From a virus: DNA of 64,000 bases. The stretch spans positions 50,733 through 114,732 of IMG/VR virus record IMGVR_UViG_3300010399_000002, one strand, 5' to 3'. The notes under the pieces were generated by a model. It was not told where the DNA came from and did no database searches. It saw nothing but the letters and a program-made list of their open reading frames with translations. Of the stretch, positions 1-10,400 are shown in pieces. Every line of letters starts with the position of its first letter. Within the stretch, counting starts at the first letter, position 1. Both the position numbers and the translations under genes were made by a program.

Positions 1-631
1 GCTGCTGATCAACCTCTAACGCTATATTGTAATCGTACAGATAAAAATCGACTATAAGACCTGCAAGCAGAACTTGAGAATGATACCTAGTCTTCAAATT
101 GTAACGAAGTATTCTACGCAGGCACTTCTCTGTTGGAGTAAGATTGCGTCTGTATGTAATTGCACGAGACTGCAAACGCCTTAACCTAACAGACTCATCC
201 TTCCAACTACTACGTAGACTTTTTGACTTGCGGGCCAACGTCTTAACGCCTCTACTGGCTTTGGCTTGATTGGTGCGATAAACAGGATTAGTCCAACGTC
301 TCTTTGCTGCTCTTGACTGTTTAATACGAACCGCAGGACTACTATTAGCTCGACTTAAAGCTGCGACCTGCGTTAGTCTGAACTGTGGATCTTGCCATAA
401 CTTTTTCATCTGAACTGATCTGTCTGCACGTACAATTGGATCTTTGTTTAACTCAATTGTTGCTTTAGCTTGCTTAGCTCTGTACTCTGGGCTCTGCCAA
501 CGCCTCTTAGCAGCACGATAGTTACTAATAGATCGCTTAGCTCGAACAACCGGATCTTTGTTGGCCTTCTGCTGCTTAGCTCTGTACTCAGGCCTTTTCC
601 ACTTTAGTCTCTGTGCTTCTGATCTGGTCAC
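1..631 (-). CDS. DUF559/Vsr-like (PD-(D/E)XK) homing-type endonuclease with basic W-x-x-P-x-(Y/F)-R repeats; runs off the left edge
   Basis: Not in the ORF track; translated by hand from GTG at 631 (GGAG upstream): TRSEAQRLKWKRPEYRAKQ...RWQSPEYR...LWQDPQFR...TPTEKCLRRIL...QVLLAGLIVDFYLYDYNIALEVDQ. Paralogous to 2565..3521 and 26859..27497. Confidence 0.8.
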   Translation of the reverse strand, partial: MTRSEAQRLKWKRPEYRAKQQKANKDPVVRAKRSISNYRAAKRRWQSPEYRAKQAKATIELNKDPIVRADRSVQMKKLWQDPQFRLTQVAALSRANSSPAVRIKQSRAAKRRWTNPVYRTNQAKASRGVKTLARKSKSLRSSWKDESVRLRRLQSRAITYRRNLTPTEKCLRRILRYNLKTRYHSQVLLAGLIVDFYLYDYNIALEVDQQ

Positions 632-833
632 TAGCAATCTCCAATCATACCGTCGACAAGAATGATGTCTTTCATCTAAGCCTCTTCACCAAGCTCTGTC
701 TGCACCACGAAACAACTCCAATTTCCTTCGCTGCACCGCACTCTCTGCACGAACGACCATTCCGAGCGCTGTATGAATTATGCGCAACAGCACTCGATAG
801 ACCGTGATCTTGTCTTCCGTACTCAACGTCACC

Positions 834-1052
834 TTAGTTCCTATCACCGTCGCCCAATACTAGATCTGCGTCTTCACTTCCGCAACCGGGAGAATCTGAT
901 TCTGCAACCGTGACCTTGTCGGTCTCGACGTACAACTGGTATAGTGCGATAGCCTTTCGTACCACTTGCCTCTGACTGATCTGTTGCTTCTCTGCCAACT
1001 TCTCAACCACCTTGGCGTCTTTGTTATTGAGCTGTACTGTGAATTGTGACAT
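834..1052 (-). CDS. Ribbon-helix-helix (CopG-like) DNA-binding protein
   Basis: FTVQL strand followed by VEKLAEKQQISQRQVVRKAIALY two-helix pattern. Confidence 0.6.
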   Translation of the reverse strand: MSQFTVQLNNKDAKVVEKLAEKQQISQRQVVRKAIALYQLYVETDKVTVAESDSPGCGSEDADLVLGDGDRN

Positions 1053-1269
1053 GGGTCTCTACTCCTCGATGTAAGTTGCTGTTAGATTTTTGTACTCCAA
1101 ACTCGTCAAACGAAAACTAGTTCCTGGTACCGGCATAACCTTACCGCAATCACCCAAAAGCGTTGGAACATCCAAAACTGGTTGGGTGTACCTCGGCGGT
1201 GGAGGCCAGTCCAACTCGATAACCTCAGTATGTCCGTTCAACCTCAACAAATGAGCTGCGCACTTTTTC

Positions 1270-1437
1270 TCAGACATCTTCCCTCCATGCCCAATGCACA
1301 ATCATGAAATCGTACAAAGCCTTTTCATCACTGTCGTACGTGTAACCTTTTTGTGCTGCTGAAGCCTTTTGCCTGCGGATGGCCTCTTCCTCAGTAATCT
1401 TCACTGCTGGTTCTCCGCACTCGTTGTAGACTATCAT
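1270..1437 (-). CDS. Small hypothetical phage protein
   Basis: Hand-translated MIVYNECGEPAVKITEEEAIRRQK...ALYDFMIVHWAWREDV; ATGA overlap with the upstream ORF. Confidence 0.5.
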   Translation of the reverse strand: MIVYNECGEPAVKITEEEAIRRQKASAAQKGYTYDSDEKALYDFMIVHWAWREDV

Positions 1438-1614
1438 AAAGACTCCAATCTAGGAATATCAGTAACCCTTGGAGGATCTTCACCTTCAAACCACTCGATA
1501 ATCTCACCACAATCCGGTACTGGACATATCAGCTCTGCGTAGTCCGTATCTTCTGGCATGTCGTTTGCAAAAACTATTAGACCGCAACCATGGCACCGCT
1601 TCTCGATATACATA

Positions 1615-2568
1615 TCACACCTGAGCTGCATACGCTAACATGGTCATCCGCAAATGCCAACTGAATTTGACAACTCGTTGCAACACTGTGAGCAACGACT
1701 TATCTGAAAGTTCATCGGCCTGTTTACGACTCTTAGGTGGTGGCCAGCACACTAACACATTGTATCTCTTGTCCAACTGTTCTGCGGTTTGTACTGTGGC
1801 TTCGATCCCAACTCGATCCGGATCTGGATATAGGATGATTCTCTTGCACTCGACCTCGATCAATTGTGACAACATGGTCTCGGTCAACGTGTGACCCAAC
1901 ATGGCCAATGAACGAGTAGTTCTCCACGCCTCCGGCAATTCACTCATTGTGCGCTCAATGGCTAGAGCCTTGAAGATACCCTCAGCGATACAAACCGTAG
2001 GGGCTGTTGGAACGTTGTTTAGACCCCACAGGTACTTCTCGCCTGGAGAATTGAGGTATTTGATTGGGCTCCTACCGCTAAAGTCACGGCACACCAGACC
2101 TTTTAACTCGTCCTCGTAGAAGATTGGGAAGACTATCCTGTACGCATATCTGCCACTGAGAGACACGCCTACATGATGCTTTCTTAACAAGTCCTTACTT
2201 ACCCGACGAGCGTACATGTACTTCTGAGCTTTGCGTACCAACGGATCACTGTCTTCTCTATGCAGCAACTGAAAATCGATGGGCAGTTTAACTGGACCTT
2301 GTTTCTTGGCCTCTACGGTATCTTGTTCAAGACCACCACCTTGGATAGCTAATTCTCCTAGAACCAGTTTGGGTGCATCGCGCCCTACGCGCCAGTCACA
2401 GTTAAAACAGTGTCCCTGACCCGTAACGATATTGACACCCAAACGGAACTTGATGTCTTCACCTTCCCCACGCTCGGCACAGAACGGACAACACATCCAG
2501 ATCTCTTGAGGATCTCCAGTACGCTTGTACCTGATCCCACTGGCTATAAGTGTCTCAAGGAAAGTCAT
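1615..2568 (-). CDS. DNA primase (Zn-finger plus TOPRIM)
   Basis: CPFC...GHCFNC zinc finger, RIVFPI, KYLNSP, IAEGIFKAL, YPDPDRVG; next to helicase. Confidence 0.9.
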   Translation of the reverse strand: MTFLETLIASGIRYKRTGDPQEIWMCCPFCAERGEGEDIKFRLGVNIVTGQGHCFNCDWRVGRDAPKLVLGELAIQGGGLEQDTVEAKKQGPVKLPIDFQLLHREDSDPLVRKAQKYMYARRVSKDLLRKHHVGVSLSGRYAYRIVFPIFYEDELKGLVCRDFSGRSPIKYLNSPGEKYLWGLNNVPTAPTVCIAEGIFKALAIERTMSELPEAWRTTRSLAMLGHTLTETMLSQLIEVECKRIILYPDPDRVGIEATVQTAEQLDKRYNVLVCWPPPKSRKQADELSDKSLLTVLQRVVKFSWHLRMTMLAYAAQV

Positions 2569-3521
2569 TGGCTACCACTTTTTGATAACTTTAGTAACTT
2601 ACGCAATCGTGCTTCTGACCTAGCTAAACCTCGAATCAACTGCTCACTTGTAAAACGAGCGACGCGATACTTGTACGCACGAAGAGTTAAATCTCGAAAC
2701 GCATCTCTACGCTGATTATCTGGGTGATTATGTCTCGGCCCGTCGCACTCAATGACCAATCGAGACAAAGGAACTAGAAAATCAACTATGCAATTATGTA
2801 GTACAACTTGACACTGATACTTAACGCCTAATCTGTTCAACAGATACGACATTATATCTTCTATACCCGTTGGACGCTTACGCATAGACCTGGCAAAGCA
2901 AGTCAGAAAATACTTACGCCAATCTGGATCGTTCCACTGTTCCTTGTGAGTGCGACTTTGATTTATTTTGACCTTCTCTTTGTAACCAGGTCTCTTCCAA
3001 CGAGCTGTAACTTCATGCCGAACTGCATCACTTATACGCTGACGATAAACTGGATCTCTCCAATTACGTTTACCGAGCTTGGACTTCTTATGCCTTGTTC
3101 TTGGATCTGCTAGAACCTTTCTCATCCTAACAGATTGTTCGGCCTTGCGTTCTGGTGTCCAGTACTTTTTAATGACCGCAGACTGCCTTAACTTGTAATC
3201 CGAAGTACGGGACTTTACTATAGCTGCTATCTGACTTTCACGCCAAACTGGATCTTTCCACAGAGCCTTCATGGCAGCTACATGACTCTTACGCCCTGAA
3301 ACTGAACTGAGCTTCGCCTTTGAAATAGCTGCACCTCGAGCGGCCTTCCAACTTGGATCTGCCCAAAGCAATTTCATCTTAGCAATCTGATTACGACGAC
3401 CTTGACGTGTCACCTCACCGGACTTACGTCTCTTCTTCTTCATAACTTCGAGAACTAACCTCCTCACGCATCTTTTTAATGGTAGCGTCTCTATCGTATA
3501 TAAGCATTCTCTCCTTATCAC
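2565..3521 (-). CDS. DUF559/Vsr-like homing-type endonuclease with basic W-x-DP repeats (true start probably near 3410-3445)
   Basis: WADPSWK/WKDPVWR/WRDPVYR/WNDPDWR repeats; C-terminal PTGIE...QVVL..CIVDFLV...VIECDGPRH...RDAFRD..L...YRVARF. Confidence 0.8.
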   Translation of the reverse strand: MIRRECLYTIETLPLKRCVRRLVLEVMKKKRRKSGEVTRQGRRNQIAKMKLLWADPSWKAARGAAISKAKLSSVSGRKSHVAAMKALWKDPVWRESQIAAIVKSRTSDYKLRQSAVIKKYWTPERKAEQSVRMRKVLADPRTRHKKSKLGKRNWRDPVYRQRISDAVRHEVTARWKRPGYKEKVKINQSRTHKEQWNDPDWRKYFLTCFARSMRKRPTGIEDIMSYLLNRLGVKYQCQVVLHNCIVDFLVPLSRLVIECDGPRHNHPDNQRRDAFRDLTLRAYKYRVARFTSEQLIRGLARSEARLRKLLKLSKSGSQ

Positions 3522-4788
3522 TCATAATGTTGCAACCCACATGCTGTTTGGTAAACTTAGACGCTGCTACCCACAAGTACAAACCGTTTTCGTCGTCCCA
3601 ATCGCCTTGCCCGAGCGATATGGCTAACGTTACCTTGCGGACCTTACTGATGTCTTCTGCAAGACGATCACCTGATAAGATCTTGAATGACTCCGTTCCG
3701 CGTTGTGTCTGAGCTGCTGTCCAGAGTATCACTTGCTTGCGGGCTGCGAATTGACGTAACTCACGGTACACGTCGGCAAACTCCATACGTCGATCGGCTT
3801 GCTTCTTCGATGGACGAATCTCATCATCGTAGTCGATAATCACAACATCGGCACTGAAGCCTTGACCGCGCTCTTTTTCCCATGCGGCTTCGATCATCGG
3901 CACACTGAATCCGGACTCCGTACCATCAATGATCTTCAAACGTCCTTTGAGCAGGCGCTTGTACAACATGAACCTGTATCTCAAAGTCTTCGTCATGGTC
4001 GTCAACTTCGAATACGGCAAATTGGCAACCGCGGCGTCGAACCTATCCTCAACATCGTCCTGAGGATCTTCGAGTGTAATAAATATGACATTCAGTCTCT
4101 GAAGAGTGTATGCCAAAGCCAACCAAAGCAAAGTGAGAGACTTCCCACGCTTGTATGGTGCTATGAAAAGACCAAGATGACCTGGACCTATGTTCCTGAT
4201 AAGAAGGTCTAGTGGATCTATCAGGAACAATGGATGCTTCCGATCTTTACTGCTATCTCGACGGGCGATGCGGACTTCCAACTCTTTGTTACTGAAGAAC
4301 TCCGTGGACCGATATGGATCTTTGGAAAAGACATCCACGGCCCCGCGACAGATATCTAACCATTTCTCATCGGATAGCTGACCTTTGGCTTGCAAATCTA
4401 CGATCTCTTCGATGGCTGCTGCCTTGGACTTCTCACGCTTGAACTGCACCACTTTGTCGAGCAGTGAATCTGCAGCCAGGATCTTCTTGCGACGCAGGCC
4501 TTGTCCGTACTCGGTTAACGAAGTCCTGAATGAATCTTTGGCTCGTGATGATCTGCAATAGTCGAGTATCTCCGTAGACAGGAGCTTTCCCAACGGGTGC
4601 TTGTACTTCTGGTAGTAGTCTAATGCTAACTGAACGAGTATCCACCTTTCCCGACCGTACTCATGGCCGTTTCTTGGACGGAAGTCTGCAGCAGTCAACA
4701 AATGACTGGATGCAATCAAGAACCTCTTGTCCTTGATCAGAAGAGCTGCAAGCAAATCCTGAAACTCGCTATTGTCGAAATATGTCAT
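3424..4788 (-). CDS. Replicative DnaB-like (SF4) helicase
   Basis: Walker A APYKRGKS, FITLED, Walker B VIIDYDD, WTAAQTQR, LAEDISK. Confidence 0.9.
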   Translation of the reverse strand: MTYFDNSEFQDLLAALLIKDKRFLIASSHLLTAADFRPRNGHEYGRERWILVQLALDYYQKYKHPLGKLLSTEILDYCRSSRAKDSFRTSLTEYGQGLRRKKILAADSLLDKVVQFKREKSKAAAIEEIVDLQAKGQLSDEKWLDICRGAVDVFSKDPYRSTEFFSNKELEVRIARRDSSKDRKHPLFLIDPLDLLIRNIGPGHLGLFIAPYKRGKSLTLLWLALAYTLQRLNVIFITLEDPQDDVEDRFDAAVANLPYSKLTTMTKTLRYRFMLYKRLLKGRLKIIDGTESGFSVPMIEAAWEKERGQGFSADVVIIDYDDEIRPSKKQADRRMEFADVYRELRQFAARKQVILWTAAQTQRGTESFKILSGDRLAEDISKVRKVTLAISLGQGDWDDENGLYLWVAASKFTKQHVGCNIMSDKERMLIYDRDATIKKMREEVSSRSYEEEET

Positions 4789-5633
4789 TCACCCTTACCA
4801 ACGAATCTTCATTGTACGAAGTTCTTCGTCCATGGCCATACGTTCTAAACCCGTTAACTTTGGCTCGGCTTCTTTGGCACATAACGAACGAACTGGTGGT
4901 AGCTGCAAAGTACTACTCAACTGGATCTTTTTGGAAATTATATGTTGGCCGCAGTCCAAACACGCTATCTCATCCATTCCCGCACCTGAACAAATTGCCT
5001 TTCCGTCAGAACCGTTCCTTTGGCACTTGAACACATTCGACGTATTCCTATGCCTGCAACCAAAGAAAAACTGAAATAGTTTATCTAGCATCTCGCCACT
5101 CCTTTTCTCATTGTTGATCGTAGAAATGGTCACATTCCTGACAGAAGAAACTTTGTGGCAGTTTTTCGGACGGATGGTAGAAAGCCTCAACCTGATGACC
5201 GTCTGGACAGATTGCCACTAAACGAATTGTACGGAGCCTCATAACTGGATCTCGCGATGCCTCGTTAGTCTTATCGCCACGAAAGATCTGCATCTGAGCA
5301 CCGGCGGTACATTGGATGACTTCCGATGGTGTAGTACTCACAACGCCTCCCTGAGCATCTGACTGTCCACCAAAGCACGAATGGCCTCGCCTGGTGTAGT
5401 GCCGAACTTGTGGGCTTCACCGTTCTCCGCAAACGCTCGAATGATTGAAACCTCGGCAGCAACAGGTACTATCCACTGCGGTCGCGTAACTATGGCCAAC
5501 ACTGTGTTCTCCGGCAACTTGGACAGAGCCTTTTCCAACAGCAACCAATTTTCAGCTGCGTCCAGTAACTGTATGGTTACGTCTGCTGGTACGGCATTTG
5601 GATTCTCACGCCATAGAGCAATAGTATCGAGTG

Positions 5634-6179
5634 TCATTCCTCTTCCTCCATCTTGATTGGCTTGATATGCTTGAACTTGTACACACCTTTCCACGCGCGT
5701 TTGAATGTAGCAGCCTTGGCTTTGGACAACGTTGTCATTGCACGACGAACTGTTACCGGATGTACTTTTAGCATCTTGGCTAACTTGACTGGAACGATAT
5801 TGGACTGGGTATCTGTGGCTCTTTTGAATATTCCCAGCCAGTTTGGAATGGTGTACTCGCGAGTTGACTTGTTTGGAAAGTACTTTTTCATGGTGCCGGT
5901 GGCTGAAAGGACTTTGACCTTGCGACGACCATACTCGCGACGAGTAACATACTGTGTTGGCTTGACCGTGATGGCACTCTGACCGAGTATAGCGTACGCC
6001 TCGCGCAGAACAGCAGCCTCATGGTCTAATTGGACCAAGCGTTTCTTGATAGCTTCGAGAACTTCTGAAGTCGTTGTCATAATGTATCTCCAACATCTAC
6101 ACCGCAACTCTTCAAAGAAAGATTGATCATGCTGCCCTCCTTGACCATGACTCGTCTCATTCGTACTCTCCTTTTTCAA
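5634..6179 (-). CDS. Putative HTH DNA-binding protein
   Basis: Basic protein with VKLAKMLKVHPVTVRRAMTTL HTH-like segment. Confidence 0.45.
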   Translation of the reverse strand: MKKESTNETSHGQGGQHDQSFFEELRCRCWRYIMTTTSEVLEAIKKRLVQLDHEAAVLREAYAILGQSAITVKPTQYVTRREYGRRKVKVLSATGTMKKYFPNKSTREYTIPNWLGIFKRATDTQSNIVPVKLAKMLKVHPVTVRRAMTTLSKAKAATFKRAWKGVYKFKHIKPIKMEEEE

Positions 6180-7002
6180 TCTTCTTTAAGCAAAAATCCC
6201 GCATGGAAAAAACCGTAACACAGTTGCTATAAGCTTGATAGTCTCGATCGTACACATTGCACGAATCAGTTGTGTACACATGGTCGAAGAACTGAAGCAA
6301 TTTGGTTAGTCCGTTTGAAAATATACCGTGCGTTACATATAGACCCAAACGACTAACTCCTTTAGCCTTCAACTGTTCTGCCAATCCGACAAACGTGCCG
6401 CCACCATCACAGATGTCGTCGATAATCAACGTGGGCTGTCCACCTAACTCTTCCTTACTCGGTGTCTCAAATCCGGACAACTTACCTGTAGCTGGATCCC
6501 GTATCTTGGAAGCCTGTAAAGGAACCCCACGGTAACGCTCTTTGGCGCCTGCATCTGGAACTAGGATGTTGACTGATTCTTTAACTTTAGTTGAAAATTG
6601 CTTTTGAGCTGCATCGACCAAACTTACCGGACTCAGATTTACCAAATTAGGTATGAACTGTTTGGCAAACCGAGAATGAACATCAACAGTGTAGACATGA
6701 TGAATACCAAGTGTGCTTAAGTACGAAGCAAACATGTCCAAACCGTGACAATCACCTGGCACGAAACGGCGATCCGCTCGACTGAACGGTAAATAAGGCA
6801 AGCACAGTGACACTCGTTGTTGAGGTCGTTTACGAGCTTGAATGGCGCTAATACACAGACCAATCTCCACGATATCTCGACTGGTAGTATATAGCAACAC
6901 TCGATCACTATTGTGGGTAATCGACTTGCAACGTACCTGTAGTTCACCGGCAGGGTACTTGAACATCTCAAAGTCTGATCGAAACAAAGTTAATAGCGGC
7001 AT
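6157..7002 (-). CDS. Ribose-phosphate pyrophosphokinase-like protein (putative ADPR-PP synthetase, NARP1 Adps-like)
   Basis: YPAGELQV, LPYLPFSRADRRF, VDVHS, PDAGA, IIDDICDGGGTF (PRPP-binding motif), LYVTHGIFS; start taken at MPLLTL, ATG 7002. Confidence 0.9.
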   Translation of the reverse strand: MPLLTLFRSDFEMFKYPAGELQVRCKSITHNSDRVLLYTTSRDIVEIGLCISAIQARKRPQQRVSLCLPYLPFSRADRRFVPGDCHGLDMFASYLSTLGIHHVYTVDVHSRFAKQFIPNLVNLSPVSLVDAAQKQFSTKVKESVNILVPDAGAKERYRGVPLQASKIRDPATGKLSGFETPSKEELGGQPTLIIDDICDGGGTFVGLAEQLKAKGVSRLGLYVTHGIFSNGLTKLLQFFDHVYTTDSCNVYDRDYQAYSNCVTVFSMRDFCLKKIEKGEYE

Positions 7003-8510
7003 CCTTGAATCACCCTTTCCCGAACAGTATCGAACGGAACATCTACCAGCAACTTCCCATCCTCGAACACCTTCTCCAACGCGCAGTGTTCTAAAGCATC
7101 TTCTGTAGACATGTCTCGAGCATAGTAGATGGGCTTGTCTGGTGTGGACCATTCCGTACGGTATACAACAGGTATTCCTTTAAGGGAGAACTTCGTTCCG
7201 TCATCCGTGACTGGCTTCTTGAAGATGGAAAGTATTTCACCTCCCCGACGAACGGCAGTAGCCTTCATGGCAAAGCCGTAAGTGTCCCGCGTGACGTAGC
7301 AATACGTGTACGAACCAATGCCCAACACAACATTGTACGGAGACAGATGCAACTTGTGAACGGTCTTACTCAGAATAGCATCGGCGCGTTCTGGAGTAAT
7401 ACTGTCACCATATATCAAACCGCCGTTCTTGATGAGTGGTAGACCTTGACGGTTTGAATCCGTACCCAATGCTGTAGCTAACAACTGAATAGCACCGTAG
7501 AAAGCGGGATGATCTCGATAGGTCTTGTAGCTGTGAGAATGTCCGGCCATGCTATCATCGCCGCACAAAATATCGACAGGGTCACCGGAATCTGGACGGA
7601 TTACCAACTTACCTTGACGAGCAAGTATCTTGCCCTTCAACCGTGGCACATAGTCGGTCAGCACCTTCCACAGATCCCAAGTGTCTGACACGATGGACAG
7701 AATACCAGTTGGATACACGTCAAACAGCAGACGCTCGAAGGTCTCAAACTCTGCTATATCCAATCCGGCTGACATCACACTGTGTTCTGTAGCTGGAACC
7801 GAGCCTCCAATGGTGAGCTTAGCTCCATAATACTGTTTAGCAGCTACGACTGCGGGCACCGTATCTGTACCGGAAAAACAGAACAAATGTCCCAGACCAG
7901 ACTGAATAGCATCCTCGATTCCGCCCATGCCGCGGCACGAAAAGTCGTGGCCTTGCCAATCGACAAAACCAAGATCTTCTTCACCGGCCTCTTTGGCGTA
8001 TTGCTCGAAGATCCGCCTGTACCTTTGTGCAGTTGTAGCAGATGTAGCAATACGCCACAATCCGGCGGACAAAAGCGTCTCGAGGTAATTTGGCAACCAG
8101 AATGCCTCTGGTCGCGTATTGGTGATGACTAAAGCTGGTACACCGAATGGTACACCGTGGCCTTCGGGCAGGGCATATACCTTGATGGGAAGATACCCGA
8201 GTCTGTGCAGCGCTTGGATGTGATCCACTCTTGGACTCTTTACGCCCAAACAGCTACTGACCACATCTTTGTACTCCGACAAGACCACACCTTCCGGAAC
8301 GTTGAAGAAACCTTGATTGAAGTCCTCGAGTAGATGCTTCTTGGCGAAATACGTAAAACCGACATTAGCTACTCGCGACAGACCGAGCACCCGCGACTTG
8401 CGCGGTGTCCAGTTACTCCACACCTGAGTAGTGTCTGATGGATACTGTTCGAAGTGACCGACCTTGTAGAAGTCGATGTTGAAAATCGGATTCGTCGGAT
8501 TCCGAATCAT
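6990..8510 (-). CDS. Nicotinamide phosphoribosyltransferase-like protein (putative NARP1 Namat-like)
   Basis: DFYKVGH..QYP, HDFSCRG, PATEHSVM, SIVSDTWD, VIRPDSGDP, IYGDSIT, GIGSYTY, RDTYGFAMKAT; start MIRNP at 8510. Confidence 0.92.
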   Translation of the reverse strand: MIRNPTNPIFNIDFYKVGHFEQYPSDTTQVWSNWTPRKSRVLGLSRVANVGFTYFAKKHLLEDFNQGFFNVPEGVVLSEYKDVVSSCLGVKSPRVDHIQALHRLGYLPIKVYALPEGHGVPFGVPALVITNTRPEAFWLPNYLETLLSAGLWRIATSATTAQRYRRIFEQYAKEAGEEDLGFVDWQGHDFSCRGMGGIEDAIQSGLGHLFCFSGTDTVPAVVAAKQYYGAKLTIGGSVPATEHSVMSAGLDIAEFETFERLLFDVYPTGILSIVSDTWDLWKVLTDYVPRLKGKILARQGKLVIRPDSGDPVDILCGDDSMAGHSHSYKTYRDHPAFYGAIQLLATALGTDSNRQGLPLIKNGGLIYGDSITPERADAILSKTVHKLHLSPYNVVLGIGSYTYCYVTRDTYGFAMKATAVRRGGEILSIFKKPVTDDGTKFSLKGIPVVYRTEWSTPDKPIYYARDMSTEDALEHCALEKVFEDGKLLVDVPFDTVRERVIQGCRY

Positions 8511-8770
8511 GACCGACCTCCTTCCACTGGTACGTAGGTCTCTGCAAAGATGTCCGGCTTGCATGGATACTTCTCACCTTTGACCCCGGTAATGATCCAA
8601 TCACCGGGAGTCACAACGTGAAAGTGGTCCTGCTTGCTCTCCAACGTAGTGATACAAAAACCGGTCTGTGACTCACGATTGATAGTGACCCCTTCTGGCC
8701 ATGGTATCTGATCGGGAAAAAACTGAGCTGCCTCGACGATAACTGGTCTTTTTCTGAACAACGGCATCAC
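8507..8770 (-). CDS. Conserved small phage protein (RKRPV...GDWII.G..GE.YPCKPDIF..TY family)
   Basis: Recognisable phage motif set; ATGA-coupled to the NAMPT-like gene. Confidence 0.7.
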   Translation of the reverse strand: MMPLFRKRPVIVEAAQFFPDQIPWPEGVTINRESQTGFCITTLESKQDHFHVVTPGDWIITGVKGEKYPCKPDIFAETYVPVEGGRS

Positions 8771-8780
8771 ACTCTCCTTT

Positions 8781-9470
8781 TCAAACTGCGTTCATCAACT
8801 GCTGGATATAATACCGGGCCTTCTCGTAGTTCCAAGCATGAATGAGCCTATCTATCTTCGTCGTATCTTCTCCTGGAAACAACTCGTCTGCGGTCTGGGT
8901 TAAAACCGAATCTCTCCAATCAATGGTGATGACTCTCTTGCGCCAACCGATCTTGATACGACCTTTGGCTGTTGTAACTATGTACCATGGTCGGTGCTCA
9001 CAACATATATCTGGACAGTATCCGTTGGGAATAGCCTCAACGAAGATTGGTTGCTCGAAACAAGACAAAAGCAACTCGCGTTCTAAAACAGTTGTCTTAT
9101 AGCGCTCAGAATCACTGCGATAGACTTCGGCAGTAAGCAACTTGTGAATCTCCTCTGTCTTTTGACTAACTATTCGTCCTTGGGCCTCAGTTACCACACC
9201 ACCTGGAACGCAAACCCTAACCTCAACTCCGATCTCACCTTCTCGGCCGATTGATTCATGTCGGCCTGCGTCAACATACGTCATCTGGATCTTCCTCCAT
9301 TTTGAATGTAAAATGTAATCGTTCAAATGAAGCATAGCACGAAATAGTATAACCCGCCCTTTGCGACTTTTGTTATCGACCATCAACTTGGCAATCAAAT
9401 GAACTGGACAAGTTGGCTGATCGTAGGACGCTTCCAACCTCTTTTGACTGGGTCTGCGTAGCCATTGCAT
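8781..9470 (-). CDS. Hypothetical protein
   Basis: C-terminal IPNGYC...PWYIVTT..GRIKIGWRKRVITIDW block; start uncertain. Confidence 0.55.
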   Translation of the reverse strand: MQWLRRPSQKRLEASYDQPTCPVHLIAKLMVDNKSRKGRVILFRAMLHLNDYILHSKWRKIQMTYVDAGRHESIGREGEIGVEVRVCVPGGVVTEAQGRIVSQKTEEIHKLLTAEVYRSDSERYKTTVLERELLLSCFEQPIFVEAIPNGYCPDICCEHRPWYIVTTAKGRIKIGWRKRVITIDWRDSVLTQTADELFPGEDTTKIDRLIHAWNYEKARYYIQQLMNAV

Positions 9471-10320
9471 AAACTATCCTTCGTCTAGATCTTGGACTTC
9501 CAACACTGCTATCAGCTGACCGTCGTTCCACTCATTGTGTTTCTTTGTACCAGGTGGATATGGATTCTCTTCGTGGCCGTGCAACTGGCTGCCCGGTAAT
9601 GCAGCTTGCATGTACACAACGTAGCCTTGCGCCTTGGGCTTGAGTCTTTTGCACTGTCTCAATGTTATGAGCTTTGGCTTTTTGACCGTGATCATAGCTT
9701 ATCCGCCTTCGCTAGCTTTTCGAGGTACTCTGTTAGAGCAACTACGAACTCGACCTCTTCTGGTTCTGGATCGGCAACGCAATTTGGACAGACGGCTGTG
9801 TGCAATGCAACTGAAAAAACCTTAGCTTCGCAATATGGACAAGTCTCCATGTTATACCTCAATTGCTTCATCTGCGATTCGACGCAGTAACTCCCTCCAA
9901 CCTTTTCCACGCTTATGCCTCAAACTACTGACTGCAATCGTCTTCAACTGCGTTGGACTGGTAGTTACTTTTACTGCGCACTCGTATGAAGCCTCCTGTA
10001 CATCGTCCGCAGTAAGCCTGTGCACTGTAACTATCAACATTAGCACATACCTCCTGCTGCCCACAACTTCTTACGATACATCTTGGCGCACTTGGTGCAT
10101 GCCTGTCTTATACTACTCTCATTCACCTCGAAGGCTGTATCGTACACAACCGGTGCTCCGCACAAAGCCGGTGTATCTGCGCCGTGCAGATATTTGCGGC
10201 CTACAGCTGTCAATCTGCGAATGTGATAACTATCGCCTGCAACCCGTGTAGCACAAAAGCTGTACTGGTGGATCTGTTTTTCCGGTCTCTTGACTGTTGT
10301 GGGCATAGATTTGGCACTCG

Positions 10321-10400
10321 TAGGAACTGTCAGGCACTGTTTCTAGACACCAAGTGGTGGTTGGATGGGGTTTTTGATTCCCAACTCGTTGTAGGGGCTA
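10321..10400. repeat. Dispersed 80-bp multi-box element, copy 1
   Basis: TAGGAACT..CAGGCACT-N16-TGGTGGTTG...CGTTGTAGGGGCT; overlaps the 3' end of ORF 10330..10920. Confidence 0.9.
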
